From contig JBHLME010000036.1 in NCBI GenBank assembly GCA_048938445.1, positions 1 to 35,466 of the forward strand: 35,466 nucleotides of DNA, written 5' to 3'. The stretch's first letter is position 1, and each line of letters starts with the position of its first letter. The notes under the pieces were generated by a model. It saw nothing but the letters and a program-made list of their open reading frames with translations, was not told the DNA's origin and searched no databases. Source of the stretch: Promethearchaeota archaeon. Lineage in GTDB: Archaea > Asgardarchaeota > Lokiarchaeia > Sigyniarchaeales > SOKP01. The position numbers were made by a program, and so were the translations under genes. Positions 10,165-19,164 of the stretch are shown here, in pieces.

Positions 10165-10347
10165 TTATTCTCTATGCCTGACATCTCGTGTTCTTGTTAA
10201 GTCCTTAAACTCCTGAGTTTTTTGTCTAATTATTTTTCGGCGTTCTACAATTCCTACTCTATTTTTTCGTAATAAATCTTCAAGTTTTTCTGTAAATTCT
10301 TCTAATGTTAAATTTTTATCCATTATAGAATCATAATCTATTCCCAT
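10165..10347 (-). CDS. small charged hypothetical protein (~60 aa; start uncertain, track extends it to 10431)
   Basis: MGIDYDSIMDKNLTLEEFTEKLEDLLRKNRVGIVERRKIIRQK... is amphipathic-helical; the upstream extension looks like AT-rich intergenic DNA. Confidence 0.55.
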   Translation of the reverse strand: MGIDYDSIMDKNLTLEEFTEKLEDLLRKNRVGIVERRKIIRQKTQEFKDLTRTRDVRHRE

Positions 10348-10512
10348 ATACATCACGTGACTTTTTTTAGTTATTAGAATTATGACTTGATTATGCATGT
10401 AAAATTTTTCTAAAAATATTATAAAATACAAGTTTTTATTATTTTGTTTTTACTAAAAAGAATCACTCATAAAAATTGCATTAATAAGGATTAGAATAAT
10501 TAGAATAATTAT

Positions 10513-11340
10513 ATGCTAAAAATTGCACTTAATCAAAATACTTGCAAAGAACTAGATCTAATAGAATTTATAAAATTTTCTAAGGATTTTCACGGAATAG
10601 AAATAAATTATGAAAAGATTAAGAAAGCTCTCTCAAATAAAATTAATATTCAAGAAATAATAGAACTTTTGGATGTATATGATTTGCTAACGGTGAGTAT
10701 TTTTAACCTAGAAGATTTTTCACTTTGTTCTGACAAATATTATAAATTAAATATCATTCCAAGTTTGCATTTAATGATTGATCACTTATATAAACTCGAA
10801 TCTAATCTCCTTGTGGTGAGTGCATCTCTCTTTAAGGAATCACAGGATCCAAAAACTATTCCAAAATGGAGAATTATTAATAAAACTAGAAAAAGACTTC
10901 TACACATTTCAAAAATTGCATCAAAAAATGATATAAACATTGGTTTTGAGTTTCTTAATTCACCTAAAAGCTCAATTTCAACCTTTTCAGATGCAAAGGA
11001 AGTAATGGACGATTTAGAAGCAATTGATAATTTAGGATATGTCATTGATGTCTTCCATTTTTTTAAATCTAATGAAAATTTTAAGAGGATAAATGATATT
11101 AGAGAAAAAATATTTCTCATTCAATTAAGTGATGTAAAATTCACGGATAAGGAAGAATTAGACTCTATCGAAGATAAAGATAGGACTATTCCCGGTGAAG
11201 GTGATTTTGAATTAAAAGAATTTATTAATTTCACTAGTAAAATTGGATATCGTAGTATGTATTCTATTGAATTATCAGAGAAATGTTGTATGGAAAACAT
11301 TTACGATGCAATAATGAAAAACTTAAAAAATTTAATTTAA
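10513..11340 (+). CDS. sugar-phosphate isomerase/epimerase family TIM-barrel protein (IolI/AP-endonuclease-2-like)
   Basis: GIE, IGFEFL, VIDVFHF, IQLSD, DRTIPGEGDF, YSIEL. Confidence 0.85.
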   Translation: MLKIALNQNTCKELDLIEFIKFSKDFHGIEINYEKIKKALSNKINIQEIIELLDVYDLLTVSIFNLEDFSLCSDKYYKLNIIPSLHLMIDHLYKLESNLLVVSASLFKESQDPKTIPKWRIINKTRKRLLHISKIASKNDINIGFEFLNSPKSSISTFSDAKEVMDDLEAIDNLGYVIDVFHFFKSNENFKRINDIREKIFLIQLSDVKFTDKEELDSIEDKDRTIPGEGDFELKEFINFTSKIGYRSMYSIELSEKCCMENIYDAIMKNLKNLI

Positions 11341-11569
11341 GTTTAGTTTAATTTTTCATATTAGAAATCTATATTAAAATATTATATATTTTAAAATTTT
11401 AAAAATAAGTAATTTACAAGATAATACTTAGTTAACGTATTATTACCTAATATTTTTAAATCAAATTAAATTATGATAAAATGATGTTTAGCGTCTCTTT
11501 CTATTCATTATTTGGAAAAATATAAACGATGATTTCATATTTCATGAATTAAGAGTAAGATATTTAATT

Positions 11570-12775
11570 ATGGCCGAAAATGGAGACTTTAAAGCACTTA
11601 GGGAGTTTTTAAAATTTAATGGCAAATCACCCAAAGAAATTCAAAGAACATTATCTAATGAAAATATTTTTTCATATAAAATATATATTCGTCTCCAACC
11701 TACATGTGTCTTAAAAAAAGTAAGGTTATTTATTATTTTTAGAGAATTAAGCGAGATTGGGCATATATCTTTTACCAATCCTGAATTTAATTTGCTAGAA
11801 GCAGGAGATTTTAAAAAAGAATTTGAAATATTTTTTATAAGCCCTAAAAAAGATAATGAGATATTAGAAATATTAGAGAGTATCTTAGAAATTGAAAATA
11901 AATATATTCAAAAAATAAGTAAGGAAGAGTTTTTAACTTTATATAAAAACTCTCTCCCGAAAGTTTTAAGAAAAGAACAAAAAAATGAGATAGGACATGT
12001 AAAATCAAAAAAAAAAATCATTAAAGAGATTCAATCTGTAAAAGAAAACTCAACACGTGTTTTAAGCACTAAAAAACACGAGGAAGAGACATATAAAACT
12101 GCTAAAGTTAAAACTATGCCCTCCATGGAAAAAATGATATTTTTGACTGATATGCAAAAAGATGGTTTACAAGAGATTGGAAATATTGGTGCAGGTAATG
12201 CCGCCAATGCTCTTGCGAGACTGATTAATAGAAGGGTAGATATAAACATTCCATTGGTCCAAATTATTGAATTAGATAAATATTTTAACAAAATTTCAAA
12301 AAAGAATCATAAACTATTTGTTTCCTGGAGCAATATTAAAGGTGATAACAGAGCATCTATACTAATAATTTTTGGAATATATGATATAATAAAATTGGTA
12401 TCTATCCTAATTGAGGGAATGAACAATAATGAAAAGAAAGTTTTAGAAAAAGATGTTGAAACTATTGAGGATTTTCCTGAACTTTATACAAGTGCATTTA
12501 GTGAGCTGGTTCATATCTTAACAAATCATTATACTATAGCATTAGGAAAATTATTAGATTTAAATTTAATGACAACACCTCCGGGAACTAGCATAGATGG
12601 TGGAGACCAATTAAATAAAATATTAAATGATGAAATTGGCTTATTTACAGGTTTATCGCTTTTAATTACAACAGATATAGTGATAAGAGATATAAAGATT
12701 ATTGGTACTTGTATATTCATCCCAGAACCAGAAACAATAGAAAATTTGTTAGAAGCTCTCTCTCAATTTCTATAG
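11570..12775 (+). CDS. CheA-P2-like domain fused through a Lys-rich linker to a CheC-family phosphatase domain
   Basis: P2-like YKIYIRLQPTCVLKKVRLFIIFRELSEIGHISFTNP...LEAGDF. CheC: DGLQEIGNIGAGNAANALARLINRRVDINIP, second repeat SAFSELVHIL, MTTPP, IFIPEPE. Confidence 0.82.
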   Translation: MAENGDFKALREFLKFNGKSPKEIQRTLSNENIFSYKIYIRLQPTCVLKKVRLFIIFRELSEIGHISFTNPEFNLLEAGDFKKEFEIFFISPKKDNEILEILESILEIENKYIQKISKEEFLTLYKNSLPKVLRKEQKNEIGHVKSKKKIIKEIQSVKENSTRVLSTKKHEEETYKTAKVKTMPSMEKMIFLTDMQKDGLQEIGNIGAGNAANALARLINRRVDINIPLVQIIELDKYFNKISKKNHKLFVSWSNIKGDNRASILIIFGIYDIIKLVSILIEGMNNNEKKVLEKDVETIEDFPELYTSAFSELVHILTNHYTIALGKLLDLNLMTTPPGTSIDGGDQLNKILNDEIGLFTGLSLLITTDIVIRDIKIIGTCIFIPEPETIENLLEALSQFL

Positions 12776-12995
12776 TCTGGTTCTTTTTCGAATCTAAATT
12801 ATTTTATATAAATTAATATTTTTGGATCAAAATAGTCAAAAAAATATTTAAGATGAGTAACTAAATTAATATTAAATTCAAATATGATTAAAATATTATA
12901 ATAATAATACTAATCTATAAATTACTTTAATTTACCAGAATTTCGCCATTAAATGTAATAAAATATAATAATCTCTCTAAAAAATGTTGTAAAAA

Positions 12996-13529
12996 ATGAC
13001 TACATACGATTATACTTTTAAAATCTTATTGCTCGGGGATGCTAGCGTGGGAAAAACAAGTTTTACCAAGAGATATTGTTATAACATATTTAATCCATCT
13101 GAACGCTTGACAATTGGGGTTGATTTTCACGTCAAGACTATCGAATTACAAGGAAATAAAATTAAACTTCAAATTTGGGACGTTGGAGGTGAAGAACGAT
13201 TTAGATTCTTGCTTCCTACCTATTGTCTTGGTGCAAACGCCGCTTTCCTTCTCTATGACATTACAAGACCAACCACTTTGAACAATATTCCTGAATGGAC
13301 ATCTATCGTGAGGGAAAAGGGTGGAAACATACCTATAATTCTTATAGGTGCAAAAATGGATCTTGCAGACACTCAGCGACAAGTCCCAACTGAATTAGGT
13401 GAACAAATAGCTCAGAAAAATAATCATACATCATTTTCGGAAATAAGTGCGAAAGAAAACCTTAATGTAAATGAAACTTTTCAAATCCTCTCCAAATTGA
13501 CATTAGATAGTATTGAAGGTAAAATATAA
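12996..13529 (+). CDS. Rab-like small GTPase (Ras superfamily, Asgard type)
   Basis: G1 GDASVGKTS, G2/RabF1 TIGVDF, RabF2 KLQIWD, G3 DVGG, RabF5 LLYDIT, G4 GAKMD, G5 ISAK; no prenylation tail. Confidence 0.93.
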   Translation: MTTYDYTFKILLLGDASVGKTSFTKRYCYNIFNPSERLTIGVDFHVKTIELQGNKIKLQIWDVGGEERFRFLLPTYCLGANAAFLLYDITRPTTLNNIPEWTSIVREKGGNIPIILIGAKMDLADTQRQVPTELGEQIAQKNNHTSFSEISAKENLNVNETFQILSKLTLDSIEGKI

Positions 13530-13559
13530 TTTCAATTAAAACAAAGAAAAAAATTAAAA

Positions 13560-14537
13560 ATGATAACGATGGAAAATGATTTTTTAAAAATATCAAGTGT
13601 TTTTTCATCATTAGACATCATCGAAAAAGGTATAGAGAAAATATATTTTTACCTTCTTAAAAATAAAAAAATTGAGAACCTAAAAGAAGTTAGTGCTGAA
13701 TTTGGGTTAACTTTAAAACGAGGGTATAAAATTTGCTCAGTATTGAGTGAATTGGAATTGGTTCAAATCTATGATAGACCAATGAAAGTCCTATTAACAA
13801 CTCCCATCGTTCCAGTGTGGCAAAAAATTGTTAATAAGAAAATTGAGGAATTACAGGCAGCATTTCAAGAAAAACGAAGAATATGTGAAAATGCTCTCGA
13901 AGATTTTTTAAATTCGTACGAATTAGTTGAAGAGGAAGTTCAAGAACCCGTAGAATTTATCAATTTTGATATAGGACAAATCTCTCAAATTCATTATCCT
14001 TTCTTGGCTGATAATAAAAGCAAGATCGCTATTGGTATCAAGTATAACAATCCGTTAGTAAATTTAATTCATGATACCATGGATAAAAAAGAAAAGCTTA
14101 CTGAGGATTTAATTCAACGATTCAACAGTAGCATAGAGAAAATTAAACCAAACTTACAAAAAATTGATGTTCAAGTAATTTTTAACTCAGAATTAGTAGA
14201 AACGCTAGTTAAAAGCAAGGAATTTGAAGCCATATCAAAATTACTTGAATCTACCTACCTTACTTTTAAAAATTTCCAGGTCAGAGTTAGCGATGAGAAT
14301 TTCAGTAACTTTTGCTTGATGGCTGAGAATGAATTGGTCCAGCCAAGTTTTTCGCCTACACATGACCTCATTGGCATCTATATATCACGTAATCAAAACA
14401 TTTTTCAGATTTTTGATGATAAATTTAATGAACTCTTTAGTACAGCAATAGCGTTAAATGAATATGTTGAAATGCATCCAGAATTAGGAATGACTTCTAT
14501 ATCTGAAATACAAGCGTTCACTTTATGCTTGATATAA
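13560..14537 (+). CDS. TrmB-like transcriptional regulator (N-terminal winged HTH, coiled coil, C-terminal effector-like domain)
   Basis: KIYFYLL...LKEVSAEFGLTLKRGYKICSVLSELELVQIYDRP followed by a heptad-rich helix, the TrmB architecture. Confidence 0.65.
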   Translation: MITMENDFLKISSVFSSLDIIEKGIEKIYFYLLKNKKIENLKEVSAEFGLTLKRGYKICSVLSELELVQIYDRPMKVLLTTPIVPVWQKIVNKKIEELQAAFQEKRRICENALEDFLNSYELVEEEVQEPVEFINFDIGQISQIHYPFLADNKSKIAIGIKYNNPLVNLIHDTMDKKEKLTEDLIQRFNSSIEKIKPNLQKIDVQVIFNSELVETLVKSKEFEAISKLLESTYLTFKNFQVRVSDENFSNFCLMAENELVQPSFSPTHDLIGIYISRNQNIFQIFDDKFNELFSTAIALNEYVEMHPELGMTSISEIQAFTLCLI

Positions 14538-14579
14538 AAAAATTTTAAAAAAGAAAGAAAAGAGATTAATTATTGAGAT

Positions 14580-16136
14580 TTATTTTTTTGCTGTTCTTTT
14601 TTGTTGAGCTTTTAGGGCTTTTCCATAGTTTTCAAGAAGTTTTCGGGGTGTAACTGGATTCTCCTGTCGCTCAATCCTACCCAAGTTCTTCTTTATGCCG
14701 AAAAGATATTTTGCAATATTTTTTAAATTTTTAGTGTCATATCTTCCCATCATGGCAATTGTTTCCATTTGCGGAGAGCCGCCCCCGTGTAGACCAGCTA
14801 CCTGCAATAAACCTCCAAATTCGCTACATCCTAAAACTTCTATTCCCTTGAAGCATTTCACTACATTTTCCGGTTTGACGCGCGGATTTCTCTGCATGTA
14901 TTTAAATGCTAATTCACCAACTTCTTCATTAAAAAATGTTTCCAAGAAGGGAAGAGTAGCCATCATTCCACCAGCTATGTCCGCTAATATCTGGTATTCA
15001 TGATATATTTGTTCTCCCGCATGTCTTCTACCCGCATTAGTTAAGATTTCATCAGGAACCTGAGTCCCCGAGGATGCTTTTTCAGAATGGAAAGCACTTG
15101 ACTCTCCAGCAGCATACACGAGTTCTGCCGTTCCTAATATGTGACTAATTTTATCTTGGATATGCTTGGCCTGCTCTATACCATTATATTCAGCGACTAA
15201 TGCAGAAGCACTTGCTAAAATCTCGGAAATTGCAGGCTTACAACCACAATATGAATGCCTATGATAATGAGCAAACATTAATGCTAAAAATCCTGCATAA
15301 GGTACTTGCCGTGGATCTGCTTGAGCATTTAAAAAAACTCTCTCTTTAGGAACAAAAACATCATCAAAAATAATGAATGTTTCGACATCTCCAATTTCCA
15401 TTGTTTTTGGAATGAACTCCTTAGGTATGTCTGGGATGTGAGTATAAGCGGGTCGTGCAAGTAATTTTACTCCTTCCCAATCACCTGGTATAGCGAATGA
15501 TACGCAATAATCCGCATCATCGGGAAACATGATCCTGCAAGGCACCACTATTATCTCATCTACATAGGGTGTATTTGTAATGCATTGTTTTGCTCCACGA
15601 ACTATTATTCCATCTTCTCGTGTCTCGACAACTCTTAAATAAGCATCTGGATATTCTTGTTGTGATGGTCGTTTAGATCGATCCCCCTTGGCATCCGTGC
15701 TGGCACAGGAAGCTGCTAGGTCCTTTTCTTGAAACATTTTCATGTAATTCAGAAAATTTTGATAAAACGTTGTTCCAAGTGCTTGGTCACATTCATAAGT
15801 TACGACTGAAACCGCGTTTAATGCGTCGATTCCCATACATCTCTGTATGCATCCTCCCACTCGATGACATAATGCTCGAGTCATTCGCTGTTTCTTTAGG
15901 AGATCATCTTTGTTTTGATGAATATGCGTGAATCTATTAATTTTATTACCCGTTAGATGTGATGTAGCCGTGCATATATCTTCCCAATCAGGATCTTGAG
16001 CTTTTTCATAAGTTTCTTTTATGATCTGGATCCCTCCCCTAATCCTTGGATCATCACGTCCTACCTTTTCATTTCCAATCCAGACATTAGGTTTCATGGC
16101 ATGGAGGGCTTTTACATATTCTTCAACCGTTCTCAT
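14580..16136 (-). CDS. abfD: 4-hydroxybutyryl-CoA dehydratase/vinylacetyl-CoA isomerase family, copy A
   Basis: [4Fe-4S] ligands CIQRCMG and HRHSYCGCK, TDAKGDRS, GAKQCIT, LHGGGSPQME. Confidence 0.88.
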   Translation of the reverse strand: MRTVEEYVKALHAMKPNVWIGNEKVGRDDPRIRGGIQIIKETYEKAQDPDWEDICTATSHLTGNKINRFTHIHQNKDDLLKKQRMTRALCHRVGGCIQRCMGIDALNAVSVVTYECDQALGTTFYQNFLNYMKMFQEKDLAASCASTDAKGDRSKRPSQQEYPDAYLRVVETREDGIIVRGAKQCITNTPYVDEIIVVPCRIMFPDDADYCVSFAIPGDWEGVKLLARPAYTHIPDIPKEFIPKTMEIGDVETFIIFDDVFVPKERVFLNAQADPRQVPYAGFLALMFAHYHRHSYCGCKPAISEILASASALVAEYNGIEQAKHIQDKISHILGTAELVYAAGESSAFHSEKASSGTQVPDEILTNAGRRHAGEQIYHEYQILADIAGGMMATLPFLETFFNEEVGELAFKYMQRNPRVKPENVVKCFKGIEVLGCSEFGGLLQVAGLHGGGSPQMETIAMMGRYDTKNLKNIAKYLFGIKKNLGRIERQENPVTPRKLLENYGKALKAQQKRTAKK

Positions 16137-16160
16137 AATAATACCATTTTTATAAATATT

Positions 16161-16205
16161 TTTTATTATTAATAGAAATAAATATTAGAACAGTTTTAAA
16201 ATTGC
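16161..16205 (-). promoter_or_regulatory. conserved upstream block (core promoter) of abfD copy A
   Basis: 41/45 identical to 17942-17986 at the same distance from the start codon; contains a TATA-like TTTTAAAA. Confidence 0.6.
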
Positions 16206-16238
16206 ACCCTAAATTTAAACTATTACTCCTAATATGAT

Positions 16239-16256
16239 TTTTTACATATGTAAAAA
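16239..16256. promoter_or_regulatory. perfect 18-bp palindrome TTTTTACATATGTAAAAA, candidate operator
   Basis: Read directly; about 100 bp upstream of abfD copy A. Confidence 0.4.
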
Positions 16257-16358
16257 CGGTATACTTTTATGATGTTAGAGGTAGAGAAGAATAAACTTTA
16301 CTTTGCTTGTCAAATTTTAAGTTTTTTTTTAAAAAAAAAAAGGTTTTTAATAAAGAAA

Positions 16359-17918
16359 TTAATCTTTACATTCTGATTTATCTTGCTTAGCCTTGAGAGA
16401 TTTTCCAAAATTTTCAAGAAGTTTTCTGGGCGTGACCGGACTCTCCTGCCGCTCAATTCTCTCTAAACTATCATTAATTCCAAATAGAAATTTTGCGATA
16501 TTCTTGAGCTTATTGAAATCATATCTCTTAATCATTGCTATTGACTCCATTTGCGGAGATCCACCACCATGTAAACCTGCTACCTGTGTTAACCCTCCAA
16601 ATTCGCTACATCCCAATGCTTCTATTCCCTTAAAACATTTCACTACATTTTCCGGTTTGACACGAGGATTTCTCTGCATGTATTTAAATGCATCCTTTCC
16701 TACTTCTTCATTGAAAAATGTCTCCATGAAAGGTAGTGTAGCCATCATTCCACCAGCTAAATCCGCTAAAATTTTATATTCATCATAAATTTGTTCTCCC
16801 GCATGTCTTCTACCTGCGTTAGTTAAAATTTCATCAGGAACTTGGGTACCTGAAGATGCTTTCTCAGAATGGAATGCGCTTGACTCTCCCGCAGCATAAA
16901 CGAGCTCTGCTGTTCCTAATATGTGGCTAATCTTTTCTTGAGCGTGTTTTGCTTGCTCTATACCATTATATTCAGCAACTAACGCGGAAGCACTTGCTAA
17001 AATCTCGGAAATTGCAGGTTTACAGCCACAATACGAATGCCTGTGAAAATGTGCAAACATTAAAGCCAAAAATCCCGCATAAGGTACTTGCCGTGGATCT
17101 GCTTGACCATTTAAAAAGACTCTTTCTTTAGGAATAAAGACATCATCAAAAATTATGAACGTTTCGACATCTCCGATTTCAAGGGTTCGTGGAATGTATT
17201 CTTTCGGGATATCGGGAATATGATGGTATGCTGGTCGTGCAAGCAATTTAACTCCATCCCAATCTGCGGGAATGGCGAAAGACACGCAGTAATCAGCATC
17301 ATCAGGGAACATCATCCTACAAGGAACTGCAACTATCTCATCAACATACGGAGTATTTGTTATGCATTGTTTTGCTCCCCGAACTACAATTCCATCTTCT
17401 CGCGTCTCGACAACTCTTAAGTAAGCGTCAGGATTTTCTTGTTCAGAAGGGCGTTTAGATCTATCCCCCTTTGCATCCGTGCTAGCACACGAAGCTGAAA
17501 GGTCCTTTTCTTGAAACATTTTCATATAATTGAGAAAATTTTGATAATATGTCGTTCCAAGCGCTTGATCACATTCATATGTTACTACAGAAATTGCATT
17601 TAGCGCATCAATACCCATACATCTCTGAACACAGCCTCCCACACGATGACATAATGCTCGAGTCATTCGCTGTTTCTTTAAGAGATCATCCTTACTCTGA
17701 TGGATATGCGTGAATCGATTTATTTTCTCACCCGTAATGTGTGATGTAGCCGTGCATATATCTTCCCACTCGGGATCATGTGCTTTATCATACGTTTCTT
17801 TTACGATTACAATGCCTCCTTTTATCCTAGGATCATCTCGTCCTACCTTTTCATTTCCAATCCAGATGTTAGGCTTCATTGCATGGAGGGCTTTTACATA
17901 TTCTTCATACGTTCTCAT
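16359..17918 (-). CDS. abfD: 4-hydroxybutyryl-CoA dehydratase/vinylacetyl-CoA isomerase family, copy B
   Basis: CVQRCMG, HRHSYCGCK, LHGGGSPQME; collinear and highly similar to copy A. Confidence 0.88.
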   Translation of the reverse strand: MRTYEEYVKALHAMKPNIWIGNEKVGRDDPRIKGGIVIVKETYDKAHDPEWEDICTATSHITGEKINRFTHIHQSKDDLLKKQRMTRALCHRVGGCVQRCMGIDALNAISVVTYECDQALGTTYYQNFLNYMKMFQEKDLSASCASTDAKGDRSKRPSEQENPDAYLRVVETREDGIVVRGAKQCITNTPYVDEIVAVPCRMMFPDDADYCVSFAIPADWDGVKLLARPAYHHIPDIPKEYIPRTLEIGDVETFIIFDDVFIPKERVFLNGQADPRQVPYAGFLALMFAHFHRHSYCGCKPAISEILASASALVAEYNGIEQAKHAQEKISHILGTAELVYAAGESSAFHSEKASSGTQVPDEILTNAGRRHAGEQIYDEYKILADLAGGMMATLPFMETFFNEEVGKDAFKYMQRNPRVKPENVVKCFKGIEALGCSEFGGLTQVAGLHGGGSPQMESIAMIKRYDFNKLKNIAKFLFGINDSLERIERQESPVTPRKLLENFGKSLKAKQDKSECKD

Positions 17919-17941
17919 GTTAATTCTCTTTTAAACATAGT

Positions 17942-17986
17942 TTTTATTATTGATAGAAATAAATATTAGAACAATTATAAAACTGC
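17942..17986 (-). promoter_or_regulatory. conserved upstream block (core promoter) of abfD copy B
   Basis: 41/45 identical to 16161-16205; TATA-like TTTTATAA on the minus strand. Confidence 0.6.
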
Positions 17987-18084
17987 TTTTTATATTAGTA
18001 AACCATATATTTACGGTAGTAATGGAAGTTAAAACTTGTTCCTTTAAATATAGGAAACACAATTTTTATCAAAAAAAAGACTAC

Positions 18085-19023
18085 TTATAAGGTACTTTTA
18101 TGACAATAATTAACGACCTCCTTGGGATTTTGAAAGAGAAGTATTAGTTGACTAAATTGTATGGGATTAAACCAGAGATTTAATTTATCTAATTGATGAA
18201 GACTTCCTAATCCTTTAATTTCTCTTATGAGATTATTAGAGAGATTTAGACTTTCCAAATTAATTAAGTTTTCGAGACCTTTAATTTCTTTAATTCTATT
18301 ATGACTAATATCTAATTCTATAAGGTTGGTGAGATCTTTCAAACCCTCAATTTTTTCTATAGAGATTATTCCTCTCTTACTCAAGTCTAACGTGTTATTA
18401 TCGACAATTCCACAGATTTTATCTCTATAAGAAACACATTGCACGCTCTTTTTTTCTACTTCCTCTAAAATAATATCAGTTTCATCTCGTGTAAAATGTT
18501 CCATAAAACCTTCATTGATTAAATATTTCATGACATTCAAGTGTCCACTCGTGAACCTCTTGACAATCTCATCTTTAAATACGTTCTTTGCTATTGGATC
18601 ACCTGCTTCGGATAACTTTTTAAGCAAGGGAAATGCTAAATTAGAATGGAGCAAGCGCGTGTCGTAATCATTTTCAACCCACGCTTGCAAATTTGAACAA
18701 TGTGCCCAAAATTCCGTGTCAGGTGTTATGTTTAAAAATCTCCCATCCAAAAATTCCAATGAATGATTCAGGATCTCTGAAGCCTCATCAATGGAATCAA
18801 TCTGTTCTTGAACCTCCATTTTATCAATAGGAATATCTAATAATAAAAACCTGCATTGCTGAAACCGCTTCCCATTTATATAAATGTATGTTTTATAGTC
18901 TTGAATGGGTATGAAAACGTTTTTTGCAACCCATCCTAATAGTGATCCAACAATTCCCTGCTGAGTAGTCAAGCTATTTTCAAGCTTTAAAGTGATGAAT
19001 TCGTTAATTTTATACTCTTTCAT
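18085..19023 (-). CDS. leucine-rich-repeat protein with Lokiarchaeia-type N-terminal domain
   Basis: SDS22-like repeats LxxLDISHNRIKEIKGL and LNLSNNLIREIKGL; N-terminal EFWAHCSNLQAWVENDYDTRLLHSNLAFPLLKKL block recognised from Loki LRR proteins. Confidence 0.85.
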   Translation of the reverse strand: MKEYKINEFITLKLENSLTTQQGIVGSLLGWVAKNVFIPIQDYKTYIYINGKRFQQCRFLLLDIPIDKMEVQEQIDSIDEASEILNHSLEFLDGRFLNITPDTEFWAHCSNLQAWVENDYDTRLLHSNLAFPLLKKLSEAGDPIAKNVFKDEIVKRFTSGHLNVMKYLINEGFMEHFTRDETDIILEEVEKKSVQCVSYRDKICGIVDNNTLDLSKRGIISIEKIEGLKDLTNLIELDISHNRIKEIKGLENLINLESLNLSNNLIREIKGLGSLHQLDKLNLWFNPIQFSQLILLFQNPKEVVNYCHKSTL

Positions 19024-19164
19024 TTAAAGTAATCAATAATGTCTTTAAAAATAATGTGTTTCTTGCTAATTAATTAAATTCTTTAATGATATAAAAACGT
19101 GATTGCATGAAAATATATGTAAGAAATTTAAAAAAAGAGGTATAGTTCATAAGTTCATATCATC

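Noticed and set aside
10491-10510. TTAGAATAA tandem repeat before the TIM-barrel gene
   Set aside because: Two AT-rich units only; expected by chance.
14580-17918. Annotation as 4-hydroxyphenylacetate 3-monooxygenase
   Set aside because: The CxxRC and H-x6-C Fe-S ligands mark the 4-hydroxybutyryl-CoA dehydratase branch of the family.
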